Part shown: piece after piece, positions 1 to 8,366 of the stretch | Layout: the number at the start of each line of letters is the position of its first letter | How positions within the stretch are numbered: position 1 is the first letter of the stretch | Origin: an uncultured Desulfofustis sp. | GTDB lineage: Bacteria; Desulfobacterota; Desulfobulbia; Desulfobulbales; Desulfocapsaceae | Direction: 5' to 3' | Assembly: GCA_965601575.1 (NCBI GenBank) | Contig: CBFCWR010000001.1 | Span: 1 to 27,309 of the forward strand | Length of the DNA stretch: 27,309 nucleotides | Translations under genes and position numbers: made by a program | The notes under the pieces: model-generated | Database searches by the model: none | What the model was told of the DNA's origin: nothing | Seen by the model: only the letters and a program-made list of their open reading frames with translations

Positions 1-117
1 TTGCAAATCAGCCTCAACATAATGATTATTACAGGGAAACGTCGTAGCTCGGGATAGCGATCCGTACGTTATCTGATCTCCAGGATCAATTTCCACTGAG
101 GAATAAAGATAAGTGCC

Positions 118-966
118 ATGAATGTTCTCGACTCATTTAGTCTCAAAGGGAAAGTAGCGGTTGTCACAGGCGGAGGTGGTGAGTTGTGCGGCGCCATGGC
201 AACTGCACTTGGTTCGCTGGGTGCAAAGGTTGCGATTTTAGACCTCAACCGTGAAAAAGCAGAGAAGAAAGCCGCGGAAATCGACAAAACCGGTGGCTGC
301 GCAATGGCCATGGCCTGTGATGTGTTGAGCATCGATGAGCTCGAATCATGTCATGAACAGGTATGCAACAAATGGGGGGCGGTCGATTTACTTATCCCCG
401 GCGCTGGCGGAAACGACCCGCGCGGCACCACGGATCAGGAATTCTTTGTGTTTCAGGAAAAGGTGCAAGAACAGATGCAGGGATTCTTCGATCTCGATCT
501 CGATGGGTTTCGTCAGGTGTTCGATTTGAATTTTCTGGGAGTGTTCCTCACCACCAAGGCCTTTTCAAAATCTATGGTAGAGCAAGGCAGGGGCTCAATT
601 CTGAACATTTCATCCATGAGTGCGCTTACGCCACTGACCAAAGTTGCGGCATATTCAGCTGCCAAAGCCGCGGTGAGCAATTTCACGCAATGGCTGGCGG
701 TACATTTTTCTCAAACCGGTGTGAGGGTAAATGCGATAGCCCCGGGCTTTTTTATGACCGAGCAGCTTCGATTTCTTCATGTAGACCAGGAAACAGGAGA
801 ACTGTCTGAACGGGCTCGAAAGGTTATCGCCCACACTCCCCTGGGCCGCTATGGTGAACCCGGGGACCTAGTGGGCGCTGTTGTCTGGCTTTTATCGGAT
901 GCCTCAGAATTTGTGACGGGTGTTGTCGTGCCAATTGATGGCGGATTCTCAGCCTACACGATTTAA
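118..966 (+). CDS. SDR family oxidoreductase, D-mannonate oxidoreductase (UxuB)-like
   Basis: Rossmann motif VTGGGGELCG, PGAGGNDP, NISS, catalytic YSAAK, RVNAIAPGFF and C-terminal PIDGGF. The GGGG-x-LCG and GAGGN variants are typical of mannonate/fructuronate reductases. Confidence 0.85.
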   Translation: MNVLDSFSLKGKVAVVTGGGGELCGAMATALGSLGAKVAILDLNREKAEKKAAEIDKTGGCAMAMACDVLSIDELESCHEQVCNKWGAVDLLIPGAGGNDPRGTTDQEFFVFQEKVQEQMQGFFDLDLDGFRQVFDLNFLGVFLTTKAFSKSMVEQGRGSILNISSMSALTPLTKVAAYSAAKAAVSNFTQWLAVHFSQTGVRVNAIAPGFFMTEQLRFLHVDQETGELSERARKVIAHTPLGRYGEPGDLVGAVVWLLSDASEFVTGVVVPIDGGFSAYTI

Positions 967-1430
967 CGCGGCCGCCAGACCCTGCCAGTTGACGTCTCTG
1001 GCTGGCACGATTTCCCAACTTGCCGGGTAATTCAAAATTTTCTGATTTTTCCCTGTCATTATCCCTGTAGTATCGAGAATAAAAATATCGGCTTACCTCC
1101 ATTATGAACTAGGCGATGAAGATAAAAACCTTTGAACTTCCCCATGAACACTACCTGCTGAAAGGCGATGAGCTCAGGGAAAGGTAAAATTGTTATTAAC
1201 TGCCCATAGTTATGTTGGTTATGGAAATTTAGATCAATCCGGAGAAAGTCCTTTTGGTTGTTAGATGATGCCGACGTCCGGGACAGATTTCTTGGGGAAC
1301 TCCTGCATTGCCCATGAATAATATGGTTTCATGAAATATGGGTCTTATATTCTGTATGTCCCTATCTAAGAGCCATCATGAAAAAAATGTTCTGAATATT
1401 GGCTTACGCAGAAAAAGAGGATCATTCGAG

Positions 1431-2231
1431 ATGAGAACAAGAAGCCTTATGGGTGAGCTGATTACAGCATTGTTGCCGGTGCTGGTAATGATATTGATTG
1501 GCAATACCGTGGCGGCAAAACCTCAAGACAAAAGTGATTCGAAAAATATGAATAGTTCAATAGTTACCACATACAATGCCGAAACTCTGGCGATTCCACC
1601 AATTGATGCGGCGGCGCCATCCACCTTCGAAACAGCGTCATTCGGGTTGGGCTGATTCTGGGGATTTGAATCCCGGTTCGGGATCGTACCTGGAGTGATC
1701 CGGACGCGTGTCGGATACGGTGGCGGGAACACGGCTTCGCCGACTTACCACAACATTGGCGATCATACGGAAACCGTGCAACTTGATTATGACCCCACCC
1801 TGATAAGCTATGAGCAGCTGTTGGATATTTTCTGGAACAGCCACGACCCGACCAGGAGTTCAAGGCCGGGGCAGTACATGCGCGCGGTGTTTTTCCACGA
1901 CGACCGGCAACGCCAGCTCGCAATGACCTCTAAAGCCGCGATCGAAGAAAAAACCGGCAGTACGGTTAAAACCGAAATAGTGCCAATTCGATCATTTACC
2001 CTGGCGGAAGACTACCATCAGAAATACACCCTGAAGCACAACAAGGGCCTGAAAAAAGAAATTATGCACATCTATCCGGAGCATCAGGACCTTGTCGATT
2101 CAACCGCCGCCGCCAGGCTCAATGGGTATGTGGGTGGTTACGGCAACAAGGACCAGTTGTCGAAGGAGATCGAAAGCCTGGGGTTGAGTGATGAGGCAGC
2201 AAAAGTGCTGGGTAATCTGGTCCCCAGGTAG
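1431..2231 (+). CDS. msrA: Selenocysteine-containing peptide-methionine (S)-S-oxide reductase with N-terminal signal peptide (Sec = TGA 1653-1655)
   Basis: ORFs 1338-1655 and 1695-2231 are in the same frame. Reading through TGA gives ASFGLG-U-FWGFESRFGIVPGVIRTRVGYGGG, the MsrA GCFWG motif with U in place of C. Downstream motifs TYHNIGDHTETVQLDYDP, QY and AEDYHQKY are intact. The start at ATG 1431 follows AAGAGG and is followed by a hydrophobic stretch ending VAA. Confidence 0.93.
1657..1694 (+). promoter_or_regulatory. Bacterial SECIS-like hairpin 3' of the Sec UGA
   Basis: Upper stem ATCCCG(1670-1675)/CGGGAT(1679-1684) with a GTT loop about 20 nt after the UGA. The lower stem TCTGGG(1657-1662)/CCTGGA(1689-1694) includes G.U pairs. 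Spacing and the loop G fit the bacterial SECIS consensus. Confidence 0.75.
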
Positions 2232-2252
2232 GCCTTTCGAAACAGATGCCCC

Positions 2253-2627
2253 TCAGGCTGCAAGGGGATCGGGGCCGAAACGATTCTCAGCGCTTGTTCC
2301 CTGCTGGACAAACCAGAAGAGCAGGATGAGGAAGCCGATAATTGGGATGAGCGAGATAAGGAGCCACCAGCCCGATTTGTCCAGATCATGCAGGCGCCTT
2401 ACTCCCACTCCTATTGACGGCACTATTATGGCCAGGCCCCACAGTGTACTGAAGAGCCCATAGCCTGAAGGGTTGCCGAAAATCAGGCCATCGACAAAGG
2501 ACAATAGCATCGCCACTCCCCAGCCAAACAGCGCAAACCACCAGTATTCCGATCGGGGGGCTCTGTCGTTGAAATTCGCATATTTTTTAGTCAGGCATGT
2601 TTTTACCGCGTCGCCAAAACTCATCAT
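2253..2627 (-). CDS. DUF805 family inner-membrane protein (YhaH/YhaI-like)
   Basis: KYANFNDRAPRSEYWWF, VGVRRLHDLDKSGWW and C-terminal NRFGPDP; three hydrophobic segments; GGAG RBS. Confidence 0.92.
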   Translation of the reverse strand: MMSFGDAVKTCLTKKYANFNDRAPRSEYWWFALFGWGVAMLLSFVDGLIFGNPSGYGLFSTLWGLAIIVPSIGVGVRRLHDLDKSGWWLLISLIPIIGFLILLFWFVQQGTSAENRFGPDPLAA

Positions 2628-2828
2628 GGTTCCTGCTCCCTTGGTGTAATTTTATGTTGTAACACACGGTCATGATTACCATCACCGGACAGATCAACTC
2701 TAAGATCGACACCGCAAAAATCCGCTAAAATATTTTACGAACTTTTTTGATGATTAATGTTGCACTCAAAGAATGTGGTGGCTCAGCTTCTAATCCCCTG
2801 CGGCCGTCACCCAAAACAGGAGTTTAAA

Positions 2829-3020
2829 ATGGACTTTCTCAACAAGCTCAGCTTGCCCGTAAAATATACCATTTTCGGTTTTCTAGGCGGTTTGATCGCC
2901 TTGATTCTTCTGCCATTGATCGGTTATCCACCAAGCAATCCAATTGCCACCGTTGTCGGCTGCGCGTTCGGTGGATGGCTTGGCGGGTTTGCCCGTAAAA
3001 AGATGGGAAAGACCAACTGA
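2829..3020 (+). CDS. Small two-TM glycine-rich membrane protein (63 aa)
   Basis: CAGGAG RBS about 6 nt before ATG 2829. Two hydrophobic helices with GxxxG motifs (GFLGG, GCAFGGWLGG) and a basic tail RKKMGK. Confidence 0.65.
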   Translation: MDFLNKLSLPVKYTIFGFLGGLIALILLPLIGYPPSNPIATVVGCAFGGWLGGFARKKMGKTN

Positions 3021-3225
3021 TTTTCACACCTCCACCTGTTGTAACACCTCTTCAAGCAAAGCAGCTGCGGTGTATGCCCAATTTTCTCTCCCTCATGAAA
3101 GTCAAGACTAATGCTGATTGATTCTATTCAACACCGCAGTCAGACGATTAGATAATGCCAACGGATCGTCGGCGGTGGCTTGAGCACAGTCAGGGTGATC
3201 AGGGTGAGACCTTGTGGCGAGGAGG

Positions 3226-3270
3226 TATGCGGCACTTCAGCCATGATCGATAATTGAGAAGTGCCGCATA
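3226..3270. terminator. Inverted repeat, probable terminator of the vWA-OmpA gene
   Basis: Perfect 13-bp stem TATGCGGCACTTC(3226-3238)/GAAGTGCCGCATA(3258-3270), about 20 nt past the minus-strand stop at 3293. The loop is long (19 nt) and there is no clean U-tract. Confidence 0.5.
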
Positions 3271-3292
3271 TATAAAGAACTTTCCGAACAAC

Positions 3293-4372
3293 CTATTTGT
3301 CGGTTATCACAATTGAAACCCGACGGTTTTTCATTCGTCCATCTTCCGTCTCATTGCTGGCAGCAGGCTCGCTTTTACCAAACCAGCTCAGGGTGATTCG
3401 ACTTTTGTCGATGCCCATTTTTTCGGTGAGATAGGTGCGGGCGCTTTCTGCCCGGCGCTGTGAGAGCTTCATGTTGTACTCTTCCGTGCCAACGCTGTCG
3501 GTGTGGCCGGCAAGCACAACCCGTTTGTCCTTATTGAGATTCAGATAAATTGAAAGCTCTATTAATTCCTTGGCCGCGGTCTCGTCAATGGCGCTGCTGT
3601 CGAAGGCAAAAAGCACGGCGCCTTGGATCGTGCCGGTTGCTTCTTCCTTCGGTTTCATCGCAATTTTGGTTGCTCTCTCGACTCTGAACAGGATATCTGT
3701 CATCCATTCGGGTTTGCCGAGAAGCTGAGAGAATGGGATCGTGCCGGAACATTCACTGGCGCTGGCAATGTTCATCACTGCTTCATACTGGGCCTTGTCC
3801 TGCTCGGTGCTGATAACCTGGAAGCAGACATTGTACTTTTCCGCCAGTCTCTTGGCTGTGGTTCCGGGAGCAGGAAAACCTGGTTGCGATGAATACTGTC
3901 CATCGGTAAATACGAAGACGACGGTCTTGCCCTCCAGTCCTGCCAGGACTTCTTCAAGTCCCACCAGGGCACCCTTGAGCCGGGTGTTGCCCCTAGGCTT
4001 GGTCGGCAACGCTTCAACCGCGCTGGTGAACTCGCTCTTGTTATAGGTCCGCATGGACAGGTGGGTTTTCAGGTCATTCCACCCCCAGCCGGGCGTAAAG
4101 GAATAGATCCCCGCCTGCCAGTCGAGTTCGGGCAGGGTGGATACTTTTTCTTCCAGTATCAGACGTTCGGCCTCGATTTCCAGCATGTCGGTGTTGCCAT
4201 ACTTGTCTGACATCGAACTGGATGAATCGTGGAGCACTATAAAGTTGTCGGCAGTTTTAACGAACACCACGTCTCCCTCATGGTGCATTGCCATCAGAGA
4301 AGTGGTGGTGCCCACAGACAATAAAAGGATAGAAGAGAGAAGCACACTGATATAAGAAATTGAACGATGCAT
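3293..4372 (-). CDS. Secreted vWA-domain / OmpA-C (peptidoglycan-binding) fusion protein
   Basis: Signal peptide; MIDAS DSSSSM, GNT and VFTDG; C-terminal OmpA domain with FAFDSS, GHTDSVG, NMKLSQRRAESA, GKSEP and NRRV; GGAGG RBS. Confidence 0.9.
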   Translation of the reverse strand: MHRSISYISVLLSSILLLSVGTTTSLMAMHHEGDVVFVKTADNFIVLHDSSSSMSDKYGNTDMLEIEAERLILEEKVSTLPELDWQAGIYSFTPGWGWNDLKTHLSMRTYNKSEFTSAVEALPTKPRGNTRLKGALVGLEEVLAGLEGKTVVFVFTDGQYSSQPGFPAPGTTAKRLAEKYNVCFQVISTEQDKAQYEAVMNIASASECSGTIPFSQLLGKPEWMTDILFRVERATKIAMKPKEEATGTIQGAVLFAFDSSAIDETAAKELIELSIYLNLNKDKRVVLAGHTDSVGTEEYNMKLSQRRAESARTYLTEKMGIDKSRITLSWFGKSEPAASNETEDGRMKNRRVSIVITDK

Positions 4373-4602
4373 AAATTCCTCCGGTCGGGTTGCGATGAGA
4401 TAGATGTAAGCCTTTCGAATGAGGCTTTGGATTACCCATTAGATAATTCCCATCCTGCAGAAAGCAAGATGAAATCTCTCAATCTCAGGTATTTATTCGA
4501 TATCTAATATAAAATCTGATTGGAAATAGCGGAATTGAAGGGGGGGAGGATGAGCCCTGAATAGGGGAGATTGCCATCTCACCTCGTTGATGTTAGCTGG
4601 GA

Positions 4603-6300
4603 TCACATCTTACCATGACGCAGGATTGAAACCAGCAGCCAGAATCCCATCATGCCGGCGAGCAGGAAGCCTATGAGGCCTATGATGGGGATATCGTGCC
4701 ATTTTGGAGGGATTCCGGACAGAACGATCAGTGATGAACCGATTACCAGAGATGCCAACACGATGGCAAAAGCTATCCGGTTTGACACCTGGTCAAGGGC
4801 AGCTCTCAGTTCGGACAGACCGCGGTGCTCAAACTCCATCTTGATCCTGCCCTGCCGAAGCTGAGCCAAGATCGTCCTGATCTCTTCCGGCAGATCCCTC
4901 AGCAGCTCGACATATTCAGAGGTCGTCACACCTGTCTCTTCTGCTATCCGGTTGATACGCACCCGTTCCGCCTTGACCTTTTTCATGAATGGTTCGGCGA
5001 GCTTGATGAGCTCGAGATCCGGATCAAGAATACGCCCGACTCCTTCGACGGTGGTTATCGCTTTCATCATGAGATAAAAGTTGGGCTTGAAGAATATCTT
5101 ATGATGGGAGACCAGGTCGAGCATGTCCTGCAGGATCTGGCCGGCTTCGAGTTCTTTCAAAGGCAGGTACATGTACTTGTCGAGCATATCGGAAAGATCG
5201 CGGCTCAGTGCCTCTCGGTCGACGTCCTCCAACTGGTTCGTCAACTTGAGTACACTTTCCGTTACCTTGCGCTCGTTGTTCCGGACCACATGGAGTATGA
5301 GATCGGCGAAATCCTCGCGGTTCTGTCGGCTCAGCCTTCCCATCATGCCGAAATCGAGGAAGCAGATGACATCGTCCGGCAGAATAAATATGTTGCCGGG
5401 GTGCGGATCAGCATGGAAAAAACCATGAACGAAGATCTGCTCCATGATCAGGTTGGTGCCCCGTTCGGCTACCAGGCGCAGGTTCGCGCCCTGCTCGAGG
5501 AGCTGATCGACCTCGGAGGCTTTCACGCCGTCGATGCTTTCCATCGTCAAGATGCGTCTGCAGCTCAGCTCCCGGTAGACCCTGGGGACATAGATTGCGG
5601 AATTTCCTTTGAACTGCCTGCCGAACCGCTCAATGTTTGAGATCTCAACCGCGTAATCAATTTCCTTTGAGATGGTGCGGGCAAACTCCTCAACTATCGA
5701 ACTCGGGCGGTGGCCCTGCAGTTCTTCCAGATAGCGCTCCATCAGGGAGGCGATATGGGCAATTATTTCGAGATCTATGGCAATGGTTTTTTCGATATCG
5801 GGCCGCTGTACCTTGACCACGACAGTGGTGCCATCGTGCAACACGCCCCGGTGAACCTGGCCGATGGAAGCGGCCGCGATCGGTTCGGAATTGAATTCTT
5901 TGAACAGTTCGTCCGGTTTTTTGCCGGTTTCCTCAATGAAAATCTGTTCAACGTCCTCGTATGAGAAAGAGGGGACGTCATCTTGTAATTTGGCCAATTC
6001 AATCAGATAATCCGGCGGGATGAAATCAGACCTGGTGGAAAGAACCTGACCGAGTTTGATGAACGTCGGGCCAAGTTCTTCACAAGCCATGCGTAATCGT
6101 TCTTCTCGAGAGAGCCTGTCGATCTGCTCCTTGGGTTTGCGGTTGATCATCTGCAGACCGCTCTCCAGGTACTGGTCGATATGGAGCATTTCAATGGCAT
6201 CCGCGAAACCGTATTTGAAGAGAATGCGTACTATCCTCTGGTATCTGTTCAGATGCCGGTAAGTTCTCCCGATTGATCCTATCTTTCTGATGCTGAACAT
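4603..6300 (-). CDS. ABC1/AarF/UbiB family atypical protein kinase
   Basis: LGPTFIKLGQVLSTR, AAASIGQVH, VVKVQRP, FFHADPHPGN and LDFGMMG, plus two C-terminal TM helices. Confidence 0.95.
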   Translation of the reverse strand: MFSIRKIGSIGRTYRHLNRYQRIVRILFKYGFADAIEMLHIDQYLESGLQMINRKPKEQIDRLSREERLRMACEELGPTFIKLGQVLSTRSDFIPPDYLIELAKLQDDVPSFSYEDVEQIFIEETGKKPDELFKEFNSEPIAAASIGQVHRGVLHDGTTVVVKVQRPDIEKTIAIDLEIIAHIASLMERYLEELQGHRPSSIVEEFARTISKEIDYAVEISNIERFGRQFKGNSAIYVPRVYRELSCRRILTMESIDGVKASEVDQLLEQGANLRLVAERGTNLIMEQIFVHGFFHADPHPGNIFILPDDVICFLDFGMMGRLSRQNREDFADLILHVVRNNERKVTESVLKLTNQLEDVDREALSRDLSDMLDKYMYLPLKELEAGQILQDMLDLVSHHKIFFKPNFYLMMKAITTVEGVGRILDPDLELIKLAEPFMKKVKAERVRINRIAEETGVTTSEYVELLRDLPEEIRTILAQLRQGRIKMEFEHRGLSELRAALDQVSNRIAFAIVLASLVIGSSLIVLSGIPPKWHDIPIIGLIGFLLAGMMGFWLLVSILRHGKM

Positions 6301-6314
6301 GGGGGCTTGATTGC

Positions 6315-6626
6315 CTAGCCTTCGGCGCTCTTTGCTTCGATCATGGCCTTGAGTTCTTCTATCTGGATGCGGAGTTGGGAAATATCGTCACCCCTGGCGA
6401 TATCCATATTTTTCAACTGGGCAGCAATGGCATCATGTATCTGCTGATCGAGTTGGCTCTTGGCTTCTTCCGATTTTTTCACCATATCGTCGATGAACTG
6501 CTTGCCTTCATCCTGGGTCATTTTGCCTTTTTCGATAAGTTCCGTTCTCAGTTCTTCAAGTTTTTCCTTGGTTAAAAACGCTGCACCGGCACCGATGTAG
6601 AACATGTTCTTCAGCACGTCTTTCAT
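6315..6626 (-). CDS. Phasin-like (polyhydroxyalkanoate granule-associated type) coiled-coil protein
   Basis: YIGAGAAFLTKEKLEE..ELIEKGKMTQDEGKQFIDDM followed by a C-terminal coiled coil; AAGGAGG RBS; ends 14 nt upstream of the UbiB kinase. Confidence 0.85.
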   Translation of the reverse strand: MKDVLKNMFYIGAGAAFLTKEKLEELRTELIEKGKMTQDEGKQFIDDMVKKSEEAKSQLDQQIHDAIAAQLKNMDIARGDDISQLRIQIEELKAMIEAKSAEG

Positions 6627-7067
6627 ATCTCTGCCCTCCTTTGTCAGGGGTTGTGTACCTTGGTCCTACCAATATTGTACGTATTCAGAGCATGTGAGAC
6701 AAATCGACCTCCATGTTTAATCAAAGTATTTGGCAACCAAACCGCTGAGAGGCACCAATAATACCCGAAGAAGAGGCTTGAATTTTTATGTGAACCGTCA
6801 GAAAGGCGAACACCTGGGTGGCAGAAGAGCTCTATTTTCATGCAATCATCCCCGCTCAAGTGATATTATATAAGGAGACGGCTGCATCAACGGTTGGAAG
6901 CCTCTCCCCGCTGGTCAGTACTTCACAGGCTGGGCAACCACTATTGCATTCTACTCTCAGGACCCGATCCCATCCCACCTGCGGCCGGACCCCGGTCCAC
7001 AGCCAGCGCCGGGTGAAACGGTACCGGAGAGACGTCACCACCAGGTCCCTGGTGCGGAGGATATGCA

Positions 7068-8366
7068 ATGGGCAAGAATCTTTTCATTGTCGGACTGGAT
7101 CCGTTCCATCTCCTCCAGCTAAAGGCCCTCGCTCGCTCCAGCGAATACCATTTCATATCACTGATATCATACGAAGAAATCAAGTGCGGATCACATTTCC
7201 CGGTACGCGGGTTTCTCGAGCAGGCACCGAGGCTCCTCGCCGACTATCCCGGGAGAGCCGATGCCATCCTCGGCTACTGGGATTTCCCCGTCAGCACCAT
7301 GCTACCTATCCTCCAGAAACAGCAGGGCCTTAGGGGACCAAGCCTAGAGGCCGTGCTGATGTGCGAACATAAATACTGGAGCCGGTTGAAACAACGGGAG
7401 ATCATCCCCGAATTTATCCCGGCTTTCCAGCAGGTCGATCCGTTCAACCCGGAGGCTGTTCAAGACTGCAGTCTCACCTATCCGTTCTGGCTCAAGCCGA
7501 TCAAGTCTGTACTCTCGCATCTGGGCTTCATGATCCGCGACCAAATGGAGTTCGAGACGGCGCTGGCAAAGATTCGCAAGGGCATCGCCCGGTACGCAGA
7601 ACCCTTCAACGACATTTTTAACCGGACCGATATTCCAGCCGAAATTAAAGCAGTCGACGGTTATCGCTGCATTGCAGAAAGTTTGATTTCGGCGGGTCGT
7701 CAGTGCACGCTCGAGGGGTATGTGCATGATGGAGAGGTACATGTGTACGGCATCGTCGACTCCGTGCGCGAAGGCAAACACCAGTCCAGCTTCTCTCGCT
7801 ACCAGTACCCCTCCATCCTGCCGCCGCAGGTTCAGCAGCGGATGATAGCGACGACCCGCAAACTGATTACGCATTTGGGCTACTCCGATGCCCCGTTTAA
7901 CATAGAATTTTACTGGGATGACCGGCGTGACTCCATAAGCTTGCTGGAGATCAATACCCGCATCTCCAAGTCACACTGTCCGCTGTTCAAAATGGTAGAC
8001 GGCGAGTATCACCATGATGTGATGATCGACGTCGCCCTGGGCAGAGCGCCACGTTTTCCCCACCGGCAGGGACGCTTTGCCACTGCGGCCAAATTCATGG
8101 TGCGGTGTTACCGGGACGGCAAGGTACTGACCATACCGGGACCTGATGAGGTGAAACGGTTCAGGGAGCGGTTTAGTGGGGCCGATGTTCAAGTCAACGT
8201 AATTCCAGGAATGCGCCTCTCCGACCTTCGCGACCAGGACAGCTACAGTTACGAGATCGCAGATCTGTTCATGGGAGCCGATTCAAATGAAGAACTCCTG
8301 GCCAATTACCACGAAGCCCTGACCATGCTGCCTTTCCATATTGTCCATGATGAGGAGAGTATATGA
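7068..8366 (+). CDS. ATP-grasp domain protein (biotin-carboxylase-like / L-amino-acid-ligase-like fold)
   Basis: HKYWSR, FWLKPIKSVLSHLG, ESLI, TLEG, NIEFY and LEINTR ATP-grasp motifs; GGAGG RBS 7 nt upstream. Confidence 0.88.
   Translation: MGKNLFIVGLDPFHLLQLKALARSSEYHFISLISYEEIKCGSHFPVRGFLEQAPRLLADYPGRADAILGYWDFPVSTMLPILQKQQGLRGPSLEAVLMCEHKYWSRLKQREIIPEFIPAFQQVDPFNPEAVQDCSLTYPFWLKPIKSVLSHLGFMIRDQMEFETALAKIRKGIARYAEPFNDIFNRTDIPAEIKAVDGYRCIAESLISAGRQCTLEGYVHDGEVHVYGIVDSVREGKHQSSFSRYQYPSILPPQVQQRMIATTRKLITHLGYSDAPFNIEFYWDDRRDSISLLEINTRISKSHCPLFKMVDGEYHHDVMIDVALGRAPRFPHRQGRFATAAKFMVRCYRDGKVLTIPGPDEVKRFRERFSGADVQVNVIPGMRLSDLRDQDSYSYEIADLFMGADSNEELLANYHEALTMLPFHIVHDEESI

Noticed and set aside
967-1430. 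Short ORFs between the SDR and msrA (23-aa at 1116; 92-aa minus-strand at 824-1102)
   Set aside because: No recognisable similarity, weak RBS support, and the longer one overlaps the SDR gene. They may be decayed sequence.
1338-1655. 105-aa ORF and separate 178-aa ORF (1695-2231) as two genes or a pseudogene
   Set aside because: They are in the same frame, the stop falls exactly on the catalytic residue and a SECIS-like hairpin follows, so a single selenoprotein explains them better.
6818-7067. Possible precursor peptide or riboswitch upstream of the ATP-grasp gene (graspetide hypothesis)
   Set aside because: No ORF with a credible RBS and start and no repeated T/S-K-D/E core. The enzyme is not RimK-like, and I recognised no riboswitch consensus.
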